A DNA stretch of 64,000 nt from Caldisericia bacterium. Its GTDB lineage: Bacteria; Caldisericota; Caldisericia; JAAYUI01. The notes under the pieces were generated by a model. That model saw only the letters and a program-made list of their open reading frames with translations. It made no database searches and was not told the DNA's origin. How positions within the stretch are numbered: position 1 is the stretch's first letter; each line of letters starts with the position of its first letter. The stretch spans positions 128,001-192,000 of the forward strand of contig OY771555.1 in the NCBI GenBank assembly GCA_963674785.1, read 5' to 3'. A program made the translations under genes and the position numbers. Positions 41,152 to 51,632 of the stretch are shown here, piece after piece.

Positions 41152-44100
41152 TTGTTTAATTCAAGATTCAATATAATCAGAAAACTCGGGGAAGGAGGAA
41201 TGGGTGAGGTGTATCTTGCCCACGATACCAGAACTGGGTCTGATGTTGCTCTCAAGATCGCAAACCTTGAGAGTTCAACTGCTAGAGAGAGATTCTTACG
41301 TGAAATTGAGATTCTTTCAAGTATTTCACATGAAAACATTGTTGACTACATAGACAATGGGATCAATGGAAATACTCTCTGGTATGAAATGGAATATATT
41401 CCCGGACTCCAGTTAATCCACTGGTTTAAGGGACAAAGCAATATTGATTTTAAAAGTCTTGCAAAAATCTTTTCTAAGATTGCATCAGCCTTATCTACTC
41501 TTCATACAAATGGGATTATTCACCGCGACATAAAACCCGATAATATTTTGGTTTGTAATGGGGAACCAATAATCGTTGATTTTGGTGTGGCACATCTAAT
41601 CGATAAGGGAGATCGAGCAAAGCTTACGAGAGCAGGTTCTGTTGTAGGTACAATCCAGTATATGTCTCCAGAACAAGTAACGGGAAGCCATATCGATGGG
41701 CGCTCAGACCTTCACTCACTTGGTGTGATCATGTATGAATTATTAACTGGAGAACACCCATACGAAGCAACCACTCTGCCGGGAATGATCTCAAGAATCC
41801 TTCAAGAAAGACCAATAAAACCATCAAGTCTAAACCCAGATATACCCGACAACCTTGAAATGATAATACTCAAGCTTCTGGAGAAAAACCCTGACTTGAG
41901 GTACAAATCAGCCGACGAACTCGAAACAGCTCTTCTGAGGTATTGTAGTGGAGGGGTTCTGACTGAGGCTGTCAATCTTTCACCACTAAAGACTAATGCT
42001 TCAAGAGATATTCCATTCGTTGGAAGAGATAAAGAACTAAATCAGCTCGAACTCTTACTTCACTCAGCAATCTCAGGAAGAGGACAGGCTATTGAAATCT
42101 TTGGTGAAGATGGTTTAGGAAAATCAAGATTGATTGAGGAATTCAGAGCACAGGCTCTTGGACACCTTTCAAAATTCCTATTGTGTTCACCACAAATAGA
42201 GGGAAGCTCAAGACTAGCAATATCATCAATTCTCGACCAACTAGCTGATTATGAAATCAATTTTGACAACAGGATTATAAAAAAACATCCACACATGATT
42301 AGAAGTCTTTCTGCAAAATTTGCAGACTCTGTCGGAATAGAAGAAAAGCCGCCTAACATCGGAGATTCAAAAGATATCCCAAACGTTGTTGCTGAAATAA
42401 TAATCAATGCCTTCCCAGAAATCCCATCTATTTATGTTTTTGAAGATGGAATTGATAGTCTTACATTTGAAATCGCAACAGAGATTTCAAAAAAAATTGC
42501 AGATAGAAAAATAGTTGTGTGTTTTGCGACAGAAAATGAGTTAAGCAAAACGATAGCAGAAAAAAAAGGCTTATCAGGGCAAGCAAATTTTTCAAAACTA
42601 ATTCTTAAACCACTTCAAAAAAATGAAATTGACGCGCTTTCAAGAGCTATCCTTGGCAGAGATTTATCCGAACCAGAAATGGATAAGATCTTTGCCAGTT
42701 CAAACGGAATGCCAAATGTTGCAATCCAGCTTCTCTCAAATATGCGTGAGGGTAGTAGGACAGTCTCACTCACATCTCTACCTGAAAATGTAAACAGCAT
42801 TTATCTTGAAAAAATCTCAAAACTTGGAGGGGAGACAAAACAACTTATTGAAGTGATGTCTCTTTTGAAGAAACCAATTCCAATCGGTCTATTGAGTCCA
42901 ATTTCATCTCTTGAAAAAGTGGATTTTGATCTTGCGTTTGAAACTCTTGATTCAATTGGATTCATTAAAGAAAAAAACATAGGCAGAGAACTTGTTGTAG
43001 AACTTGCAACAGCTGATTTGAAAAAGATAGTCTGTGAAGAACTGAAAAAAGAAAAAGCAAAAGAATACCATAATCGAATCGCTTCAACTCTTGAAATCTA
43101 CTACTCAGACACAAAAGATCAGGACATAAAAAAACGTATAGCAGAACACTATGTTGAAGCTGAAGAATTTGATAAATCATCAGAGCTATATTTATCAATA
43201 TTCAGTTATTACAACTCACATGGGAATTCAAAAAATGCAATTGATGCGATTAATGAACTTGAAAGAAACTTTGAGAAAATAACCAAAAAATCTCTGATTA
43301 TAAATTCTGTGTACTATTTCCTTATCAATTTTCCACTAACAAACCAAATGGAATTGTTTGAAAAATACAAGTTAATTGGTTTGCAACTATTAGAGAAAAA
43401 TGACCTACCTGGTTACACAGTTTTTTCGTATTATTCTGCAATTGGTGGTGCATACTTAAGGCAAAGACTTCTACTTGAATCGAGAAAACACATTGATAAA
43501 GCAAGAACTCTATACGACCAGGTCGAAGACAGTCGAAAACTGGATTTAAATATCCACGAAATTAATCAGGCAATTTTTGAAACAAACATTGAAACGCTCC
43601 GTGAGCTACTTGAAGAGCGAAAACGACTGCTTGAAAACACAAATGCTTCGGAGATTGACTGGATACCTTATTACAATAGTGAAGCAATATATTTCTCTGA
43701 AATTGGAAGCCATGCAAACGCCGTAGAAAACTTTAAAAAATCGCTTTCGATTGCCAAAAGACTCAACCATAAAAGGCAAGAACTTAGGGCGCTCACAAAT
43801 CTTGGAACTGCATGCGCTCACGCTGATCTTAATTTCAAAGCGATCGATTATTATAAACAGGCTCTAAAACTTGCAAAAGATCTTACTCTTGAAAACATTC
43901 ATGCCCTAATCTTAAATGACATGGCAAACCTTTATCTAAATGAAGGTAAAACCGTAGAATACCGAAATATATTACTTGAATACAAAAGACTGTATGAGGA
44001 TAAGGAAATCACAAAGGCTTTGATTGATTGGACATATAATTATTCACACCTCAAGGTTTTAGAAAATGATTTTGATGAAGCAGAAAACATCTTATCAAAA

Positions 44101-44769
44101 ATGAAAAACAGGGTAATTGAGTCAAACAGAAGTTTCTGGCTTCGCGAAGTCCTATATTATGAGGCACTGTGCACATTTGATAAAAACAATTTTAGAAGAG
44201 CAAAACTTCTGTTTTTACAACTCCTTGACCTTTTCAAGATTGATAAATTAGAGGACACCTTAACTCAGCTTTTCATATCAAATATTCATCTTGCCCACAT
44301 ATATGTCATCGAAGGCGAACTTGATGAAGCCGAAGAACACTACCAGAAAGCTTATTCTCTCTGCAGGAGTTACAAACAAGATATTCTTGAAAATAACCTC
44401 TTTTTTGCTGAAGCCCATATTGAGTTTGCAAAATCCATAAAAAAAGGCAGCTTTGGATTCAAAGAGTTTTTTGATGAAAGCTCATGGAGAACCTCATACA
44501 ACATTTTGATGCAGTTATCCAAAAAGTGTGAACACAAAAAATATACTATGTCAATTCTTCCAACAAGTGCTACAGAGCTTTTCGCAAAACTCGTTATCCT
44601 CAGAATAAAAAACGACAAGAAACTCCGGACAATTGAAAGAAGACAGATTTTTGAGCAGGCTGTAAATCAAATCGAACTATTATTGAAAAAATATTCAGAA
44701 CACAATTTTTCTTACAAACGTGATGAAATCATTGAGCTTAATAACGAGCTTATAATGCTTCTCGAATAG
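41152..44769 (+). CDS. Ser/Thr kinase - AAA ATPase - TPR protein (STAND-like)
   Basis: GEGGMGEVY, HRDIKPDN, DFG, YMSPE; FVGRDKEL, Walker A GEDGLGKS; helical TPR C-terminus. Confidence 0.9.
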   Translation: MFNSRFNIIRKLGEGGMGEVYLAHDTRTGSDVALKIANLESSTARERFLREIEILSSISHENIVDYIDNGINGNTLWYEMEYIPGLQLIHWFKGQSNIDFKSLAKIFSKIASALSTLHTNGIIHRDIKPDNILVCNGEPIIVDFGVAHLIDKGDRAKLTRAGSVVGTIQYMSPEQVTGSHIDGRSDLHSLGVIMYELLTGEHPYEATTLPGMISRILQERPIKPSSLNPDIPDNLEMIILKLLEKNPDLRYKSADELETALLRYCSGGVLTEAVNLSPLKTNASRDIPFVGRDKELNQLELLLHSAISGRGQAIEIFGEDGLGKSRLIEEFRAQALGHLSKFLLCSPQIEGSSRLAISSILDQLADYEINFDNRIIKKHPHMIRSLSAKFADSVGIEEKPPNIGDSKDIPNVVAEIIINAFPEIPSIYVFEDGIDSLTFEIATEISKKIADRKIVVCFATENELSKTIAEKKGLSGQANFSKLILKPLQKNEIDALSRAILGRDLSEPEMDKIFASSNGMPNVAIQLLSNMREGSRTVSLTSLPENVNSIYLEKISKLGGETKQLIEVMSLLKKPIPIGLLSPISSLEKVDFDLAFETLDSIGFIKEKNIGRELVVELATADLKKIVCEELKKEKAKEYHNRIASTLEIYYSDTKDQDIKKRIAEHYVEAEEFDKSSELYLSIFSYYNSHGNSKNAIDAINELERNFEKITKKSLIINSVYYFLINFPLTNQMELFEKYKLIGLQLLEKNDLPGYTVFSYYSAIGGAYLRQRLLLESRKHIDKARTLYDQVEDSRKLDLNIHEINQAIFETNIETLRELLEERKRLLENTNASEIDWIPYYNSEAIYFSEIGSHANAVENFKKSLSIAKRLNHKRQELRALTNLGTACAHADLNFKAIDYYKQALKLAKDLTLENIHALILNDMANLYLNEGKTVEYRNILLEYKRLYEDKEITKALIDWTYNYSHLKVLENDFDEAENILSKMKNRVIESNRSFWLREVLYYEALCTFDKNNFRRAKLLFLQLLDLFKIDKLEDTLTQLFISNIHLAHIYVIEGELDEAEEHYQKAYSLCRSYKQDILENNLFFAEAHIEFAKSIKKGSFGFKEFFDESSWRTSYNILMQLSKKCEHKKYTMSILPTSATELFAKLVILRIKNDKKLRTIERRQIFEQAVNQIELLLKKYSEHNFSYKRDEIIELNNELIMLLE

Positions 44770-44798
44770 ACCATAAATAAAAAAGTAAACATTGATTC

Positions 44799-44827
44799 TT
44801 GAAGAAGCCACATTGTTGTTGTATATT
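44799..44827 (+). promoter_or_regulatory. Sigma70 promoter of the leader-ABC-selD operon
   Basis: TTGAAG (44799)-17 nt-TATATT (44822). Confidence 0.6.
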
Positions 44828-44852
44828 CATGGCACTTATGAAGGAGATTGTA

Positions 44853-44942
44853 ATGACAACTTACAGATCGCTTTGAGCAAACAAAGGCAGATGGTTCATC
44901 TGCCAAGCCCAGACGGTCTGTTGCTTCATTTTGACCGTCTGA
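44853..44942 (+). CDS. Putative selenocysteine-containing leader peptide MTTYRSL(U)ANKGRWFICQAQTVCCFILTV
   Basis: SD AAGGAG 6 nt before ATG 44853. In-frame TGA at 44874, then 9 nt and the hairpin GGCAGAT-GGTTC-ATCTGCC, with the same geometry as the selD SECIS. Confidence 0.6.
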
Positions 44943-44967
44943 AAACTTAGACTTAGGAGGTCATTTT

Positions 44968-46131
44968 ATGAAGCGTTTCGTTACATTTGCACTTATTCTT
45001 TTCCTCGCACTTGGAGTCTTTGTCTCGTGTGGTGCTGAAAAAAAGGTGGATACAGAACCGACACCAGCAGACGTCACACCAGCAGAACTCCCTCTTTTGA
45101 GAGTGGGACACGTCAATCAGGATCATCACCTTGCACTCTACGTCGCAGCACTAAAAGGCGAATTCTTTAAGGATCAAGGTGTCTGGATGACAGAGATCAA
45201 ACCTAAAGAAAGATACACACTCCACACAGAAAATGGAGCTATCGCTGAGGTTCAACTTGTCAAATCTAAAGGTGGTTCAGAGATGACAAACAACCTCCTT
45301 GCAGGTCTTTTTGATATTGGCTTTGGTGGAGTTCCTGCAGTTATGAGTGTTGTTGATAAAGGAAAAGATGTCAGGATTCTGATGCCTTTGCAAAACGCTG
45401 GCGACCAGCTCATCGTAAAAAAAGATATGCCAGTCGAAAACTGGGAAGAGTTTGTAGAATACGTAAAAAATAACGAAACACAGCTGAAACTCGGATACAA
45501 AGCCCCAACTGCAGTTCAATACATCGTTGCTCAAAAGGCATTTACAGAAGTTGGAATCACACAAACAGAAGACCCAACAAATACAGATGCAATGGTTCTT
45601 TGGATCAATCAAAAGGGTCAAAATAACATGACCACAAATCTGGCTGCAGGTCAAGTTGATGGGTTTGTAGCAAATCAACCAACACCGGCACAAGCGATCA
45701 TATCTGATGTAGGAAAATTTATCACTGAACTTTCTGTATTGCCACCAGATGGAATGTGGAACCATCACCCATGCTGTATGGTTTGCAGCAATGAAAAGGT
45801 CAAAACAGAATACCCAGAGGAAACAAAACAGTTCCTTAAACTCATCATGCTTGCAACAGACCACATAAATGACGACATGGATGATGCAATCGAAATTGCC
45901 TACGAATTCCTCGGACAAAAAGAAGGGGTTGAACACTTATCCATTCCAACTGTATACTACAACTGCGATGACGATGAAGTTTGGAGAGGTGGAGTTGCAA
46001 CATGGGCAGTTGTTATGAATGAAATCGGAAAATATACAGGAGAACTAAAGGATATCAACGATGAAAGAGCAGTTGATCTCTGTGTTGATTTCACATTCCT
46101 TCACGAACTTCAAAAGGAGTTAGGAAAATAG
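44968..46131 (+). CDS. ABC transporter substrate-binding lipoprotein (SsuA/TauA/NMT1-like) with HPCC motif
   Basis: Lipobox FVS-C, GHVNQDHHLALYVA, WNHHPCCMVC. Confidence 0.88.
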   Translation: MKRFVTFALILFLALGVFVSCGAEKKVDTEPTPADVTPAELPLLRVGHVNQDHHLALYVAALKGEFFKDQGVWMTEIKPKERYTLHTENGAIAEVQLVKSKGGSEMTNNLLAGLFDIGFGGVPAVMSVVDKGKDVRILMPLQNAGDQLIVKKDMPVENWEEFVEYVKNNETQLKLGYKAPTAVQYIVAQKAFTEVGITQTEDPTNTDAMVLWINQKGQNNMTTNLAAGQVDGFVANQPTPAQAIISDVGKFITELSVLPPDGMWNHHPCCMVCSNEKVKTEYPEETKQFLKLIMLATDHINDDMDDAIEIAYEFLGQKEGVEHLSIPTVYYNCDDDEVWRGGVATWAVVMNEIGKYTGELKDINDERAVDLCVDFTFLHELQKELGK

Positions 46132-46163
46132 ACCGACAAAAGATTTCTAAAATTTTATGGAGC

Positions 46164-46973
46164 GTGGGTGGAGCAATTGTTCTACCCCTGCTTCTTTTTC
46201 TTGTTTGGGATTACAGTGCTGCAAGACTTGGCTCATCAACTCTGCTTCCCAGAGTATCCGATGTTTTTGATGTGGTTTTGCATCCCACAGAAGACCTAAT
46301 CAGACAAGGCACCCTGCTCTTCCATGTCTATGTTTCATCGATTCGGGTATTGATGGGTTTTGTGATAGGATCGTTGCTTGCCATAGTTCTTGGAATGATA
46401 ATGGGTTTATCAGACAAAGTAAGGCATTTTGTCACACCATTCATCGAGATACTAAGACCGCTTTGTCCTGTTGCCTGGATTCCCTTCGCGATAATTATCT
46501 TCGGTGGAGCGACCCTTTCAAACACATTTGGATACAAGTTTACTGATTCGATTCTTGATTATGTTCAGATTGCTCAACTATTCATTATCGCCTGGGGAGC
46601 ATTCTTTCCGGTATTAATAAACACGATTGATGGCGTCAGTGGTGTCAGAAAAATATGGGTTGAAACAGCAAAAACGATGAACGCATCCAAACTACAGATT
46701 TGGTCAAAGGTGATTCTCCCCGCAAGCTTCCCATCCATTTTGACTGGGCTTAAGGTTGGACTTGGTATCAGCTGGATGGTTGTAATTGCAGCCGAGATGT
46801 TTCCGGGTCCTTCTGCTGGAATCGGGTATCTGATGATGGAGGCATACGCACAAACTGAAATCCATATTCTCGCTGCCGGATTAATCACAGTTGGAATCAT
46901 CGGAGCGCTTCTGAACGCCATTTTAGCGGTTATCCATAAAACCTTTGCGGGTTGGCAGGCGAAGGAACGATAA
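46164..46973 (+). CDS. ABC transporter permease (SsuC/TauC-like)
   Basis: LRPLCPVAWIP, FFPVLINT, ETAKTMNAS (EAA loop), WMVVIAAEM. Confidence 0.92.
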   Translation: MGGAIVLPLLLFLVWDYSAARLGSSTLLPRVSDVFDVVLHPTEDLIRQGTLLFHVYVSSIRVLMGFVIGSLLAIVLGMIMGLSDKVRHFVTPFIEILRPLCPVAWIPFAIIIFGGATLSNTFGYKFTDSILDYVQIAQLFIIAWGAFFPVLINTIDGVSGVRKIWVETAKTMNASKLQIWSKVILPASFPSILTGLKVGLGISWMVVIAAEMFPGPSAGIGYLMMEAYAQTEIHILAAGLITVGIIGALLNAILAVIHKTFAGWQAKER

Positions 46974-46975
46974 AC

Positions 46976-47785
46976 ATGATAAAACTCAGTGCAATATATA
47001 AAGATTTTGATAAGCAGGAAGTTTTGAAAAACATCAATTTGAAATTCTTACCTGGGGAGTTCAACTGTATTCTTGGGCCAACCGGTTGCGGAAAAACAAC
47101 TCTTTTGAGAATTATTGCAGGGCTTCTAAAACCAGATTCAGGTGTAGTCAAAATCGAGAAGCCATCGATTTCAATGATTTTCCAACAGCAAACCCTTTAC
47201 CCATGGAGAAATGCACTCTCAAATGTTTGTCTTCCACTTGAGTTCAAGGGATACTCAAAAAAAGAACGCATCAAAATGGCAATGGCTAGATTAGCCGAGG
47301 TTGATGTAGCAGATGCAGCCAAAAAAAAGGTCTTCCAGCTATCTGGTGGAATGCAGCAGAGAGTACAGATTGCAAGGGCTTTGGTCTCTAATCCATCAGT
47401 ACTTCTTGCTGACGAACCATTCGGTTCACTTGATGAAAAAACAAGATACAAGCTTCAAAAAAAACTCAGAGAGATAACCCTTTCAAACAATACAACAACA
47501 GTTTTTGTAACTCATAATATTGAAGAGGCAATTTATCTTGGAGATAGAATTATTGTAATTGGAAACAAAGGGGTTCAAGCAGATTTTGATCTTACCACCC
47601 CACACCCTAGAGACAGACTTTCGAAATGGTTTACAAGTAAAATTCTTGAAGTAAGAAATGTTTTTGAAACACTCATCGAAGATGAAGATACAACTGATGG
47701 GATTGAAAAAAGCGAAGAACCCGAAGAAAATAACGACCCATTCAAAACAATGAAACTCGATGTGACAACAGATGAAAATGAATAA
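46976..47785 (+). CDS. ABC transporter ATP-binding protein (SsuB/TauB-like)
   Basis: GPTGCGKT, LSGGMQQR, LLADEPFGSLD, FVTHNIEEA; acidic C-terminal extension. Confidence 0.93.
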   Translation: MIKLSAIYKDFDKQEVLKNINLKFLPGEFNCILGPTGCGKTTLLRIIAGLLKPDSGVVKIEKPSISMIFQQQTLYPWRNALSNVCLPLEFKGYSKKERIKMAMARLAEVDVADAAKKKVFQLSGGMQQRVQIARALVSNPSVLLADEPFGSLDEKTRYKLQKKLREITLSNNTTTVFVTHNIEEAIYLGDRIIVIGNKGVQADFDLTTPHPRDRLSKWFTSKILEVRNVFETLIEDEDTTDGIEKSEEPEENNDPFKTMKLDVTTDENE

Positions 47786-48806
47786 AGAAGAAGAGTTCAG
47801 GCTTACAAAATTTGCCGGATGTGCTGGTTGAGAGAGTAAGTGGGGGCCGGGAGCTCTCAAGAAGTTACTCAGTGACTTACCTGTTTTTGAGTCACCAGAT
47901 TTAATCACTCGTGACGTCAATAAAGCTGATGCTGCCGTTTATAAAATCAATGATGATTTATACGGTATCTATACAATTGATGTTTTCTCACCAATTGTTG
48001 ATGACCCTGAAGACTTTGGTGCAATCGCCTTTGCAAATTGTATTTCTGATGTTTGCGCAATGGGTGGGACACCAGTTCTTGGGCTAAATGTTTGTATGTT
48101 CCCAGCAGCAGCTCCAGTTGAAAAACTCAACCTTATACTTAAGGGTGCATCTGAGTCAGCCCAAAAAGAAGGGGTAATAATTGCCGGTGGACACACAACC
48201 AAAAATGATGAACTCCACTACGGACTCTCAGTTTATGGGACTGTAAAACCAGTAGATCTCAGGCTTTCATCAAATGCAAAACCCGGAGACCATATCATCC
48301 TTACAAAAGGACTCGGGACGGGTATCCTTTTTGCAGCAAAAGATAGGGCTGAGGGCGTTAACTGGCAATCAGCAATTGATTCGATGAAACAGACATCCGT
48401 TATTGCGTCAAAAATCCTAACCGAATTTGGATGCAGGTGTAGCACCGATATTACAGGTTTTGGGTTTGTACCACATCTTCTTGAAGTACTCGAAGAGTCA
48501 AGGGTAGCAGCCAAAATTAATCCAGAATCTCTTCCGCTTCTTCCTGGCGTGATTGACTTTTCTAGATCATTTGCCTGTCCGGTTTTATCAACAAACATGG
48601 AACTTGCCGGGGCAAAGTTCGACTCTGGCAAACATGATCCTAAATGGATCAACATCTGCTTTGACGCCCAAACTTCTGGTGGCTTTATTGCATTTGTTTC
48701 AGAAGAAAATGCCGGTAAGTGTTTAGAAAAGCTTATTGATGCAGGATATCAGGCAGCAGATGTTGGTGAGGTTGCTGAGGGTGAGTCGAAAATTACATTG
48801 GTTTAG
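47778..48806 (+). CDS. selD: Selenide, water dikinase; selenoprotein (TGA = Sec at 47829)
   Basis: The frame is open from ATG 47778 (FRLTKFAGCAG-TGA-ESKWGP) through DAAVY, DVFSPIVDDP, ANCISDVCAMGG, GGHT, TDITGFG and DAQTSGG. The ORF track only captured the part from 48060. Confidence 0.93.
47841..47859 (+). promoter_or_regulatory. Bacterial SECIS element of selD
   Basis: 9 nt after the UGA: TGGGGGC-CGGGA-GCTCTCA (7 bp including G-U pairs, G-rich loop). Confidence 0.7.
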
Positions 48807-48832
48807 AGATATTCCAACCTGGGCTCGATCAA

Positions 48833-51511
48833 TTAATGGTTTCTGATTGGCCAAATTGTTTGTGTTTTGATAAAGTCTTCGTAACCAGACACATATCCAA
48901 ATCTTGACCTATTATAATAATTTGAAGGCATCAATTCAGACTCCAAAACATCGATAACTCCATTGCTAAGGAACTCCAATCTTACAAATTCCAAATCTTC
49001 CCTGCTGTCCTTTAATCCCCTGAAATATTCAAAATCACTACTCAATAAAACAGAACCTCTTTCTGGTAATCTAAAGGTCAAGAGTTTTTTCTCACCAAAT
49101 TTTAAATCTGTTATTTCTATTGATTCAGAAAACCTAGAATAAATAGGAGCAGCTTCCTTTAACTCATCCTTATAAGTATACCTCTCGTGCCCCCAACCCA
49201 TCAAATAAAAAACTCCTGAAAGATTCTCACCAAATCTATCCCCTCTAGTGTTAACTATTTCGAAAGTTATAGTTTCAGTACCCTGATCTATCATTTTTAT
49301 TGAAAATGTTGGGCATGGTTTCGTTTCATACAAATAGTTATAAAAATCACCACCTGCGCCAAAATGGAGAGTTCTATCCTGATAGATTATTTGAGGATCT
49401 CGAATCCACTGAACTGAATCAACCATAGATGAATACCAATACATAGGCATACTATCGATATTAACCTGGAATATATCCGAATCGATTTCTGGGAATTTTT
49501 CATTGTGAAAAATATTCTTAGCAACGGAAAAGTCAATACATGAGATCCTGTCTAAATACCTGATACCACTTAAATATTCGGGGTTTTCCAGGCTATCTAT
49601 GTATAAATCATCTCCAATTGCAGTAATAATTTTCCCTTTAAAATGTTTGTTTATTCCACCATTTTTTACAATCTCTATTCTTTCCATCAATTCGTCATAG
49701 TAGACAATCGTTGATGGTGTGAAGATAAACTCTTTAGGTTTTGAGCTTAAAACAAGTTTATTTGATTCACCTGTTGTTAGATTTATCGATAAAACTAGAA
49801 ATCTTTGTTTCCCTGATGCCCTTTCTTCCAAATCGAAGACTTTTCCAAAGAAATCATTACATACTATATCTGTCTCATCTTCATCTATATCATCGATCCA
49901 TGGACTTATCCTGTATTTTTCCAAATCGATTTTTTCGTATCCAAACTCCAGGATTTCACCAGTCCTCAAATCAATTTTCCGCATAATTCCATTTTCATGG
50001 TACGAATAACAGAAGAATCCTTTGTGGTAATATGATCCAGCGAAAAAATAATCCTCTTCATTAACATCAAAACTTACCTCTCCTCGCATACCACCATATG
50101 ATTCAACACTAACTGTATAAGCATCTTCATTTTCCTCTACATCCACCCTGCATCTAACTCTAGCATTTGAATCAGCATCATTAATCTCACTACTTGTAAC
50201 ACTATCTGAATAATCAAATGTCAAATCGTCCTTTAACGCAAAAGCACAAACAAAAGAATCACTGCACCAGTTTGACTCATGTGAGTAGTCATAAGCATAA
50301 ATTTTCCCATCGATGTTTTTGCCACCTGATTCTGCATTTGCTAAAACTCTTTTTATCAATTCACCAGTTTTCAAATCATAAATATCAAACTTCCCATAAT
50401 CTCTCGTAAACAAAAAATCACCAGCCAAAAACAAAGTTTCGATATGGTTTCTATCACAATATGGGATACTCAATACCTCTTCTTGGCTCTCAAATGAAAT
50501 CACCTTGTAGCATTGATTCCTAAATGTCCCCTCATCTTCGATGAATTGAGCTGATCTCATACAGTGATACTTCTCATTAAAATCATAGGTAACGCTCTGA
50601 CAACCATTGTTTTCAAATTGAATCCTTTTTATAATTTGCCCATCTTTGCCCAATAAAAACATAATTGTTGTCGTTTGTTAATCAAATTCATCTTCCCCCA
50701 CAAAAGTCAGATAAACCAGATATAAATCCTGCCTATTTAATACACTAAACCGTATATCTTCATCATTGATGATTTTTTTGATTTCTTCAGGGAGATCAAT
50801 AAATACTCCTTCTTTAAGATTTGCGATTTTTTCAGCAGTCATAAGCAAAGTGTCTTTCGAATAACGCTGACTTTTCCTTCGAAGAACTTCTTTCCCACTT
50901 TTCAAATCAATATATTTGTATTCATATTTTTCTCTGAATTTATCTGAAGAACCATCAATTTCTCTAATAAAAACCAAAAATTTGCCAAACAAAAGATCAT
51001 TATACATGAATCCTTCATCATCAACAGTAGGAGAACTCCAGGCAATTTGCATATCAATAAAGTCAAAAAGCTCAAGATAATATACACCATTAACCTCATA
51101 AATATTCTCAATATACCGTGTATTCCACTCCCAAGAATTATCAAGAAACCCAATATTTTCAGTTTTCATTTTCTCATCTAAAATCTGATTTTTATCATAA
51201 CCAATCGGATACAGCTTTTCATTCTTAAAACCTGTTAGGTCTTCATATTCCTTTGAATAGATATCCAATGGTCCATGAATATTGAGGTTTTTGTCAACAA
51301 CATATCTGAATCTGTGATAACTGGAATCCATGTATGATTCACCCATACTCTCATCAAAAGGCATCACATCGACCCCAAAGGTCAATGGAATGATTTTCGA
51401 AGGAGCAACAGGCAAATGAACTGTTACTTTCTCATTCTGCCCAGCAGAAATATTAATAAATTGAACAAACACGAAAACAACAACCAACAATAAAACCTGA
51501 AGTTTTCTCAT
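48833..51511 (-). pseudogene. Secreted beta-propeller-like protein split by an in-frame TAA (ORFs 50678-51511 and 48833-50662)
   Basis: TAA at 50680-50678 is followed in frame by CAA ACG ACA ACA ATT ATG. The signal peptide is only on the first part, and there is no SD before the second. Confidence 0.65.
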
Positions 51512-51573
51512 CTTGCCTCCACATGAAATACTATAATAATTATGTATGGTTTATGACAAAAATCCATAACCTA

Positions 51574-51600
51574 ACTTTTCTAACATGACCCCCGTACTAT
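51574..51600 (+). promoter_or_regulatory. ECF-sigma-like promoter ACTTT-N14-CGTACTAT
   Basis: The same motif and spacing recur at 53590-53616. Confidence 0.55.
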
Positions 51601-51632
51601 ATCTTGAAAGCAGCAACCGAAAGGAGAACGAA

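Noticed and set aside
44830-44965. Known metabolite riboswitch (SAM/TPP/cobalamin) upstream of the ABC transporter
   Set aside because: No consensus core motifs recognised; the hairpins are better explained by the uORF/SECIS model. An Rfam scan is still needed.
45277-45936. Long antisense ORFs (e.g. 45277-45936, 59268-59966, 4471-5079)
   Set aside because: Shadows of well-supported genes on the opposite strand.
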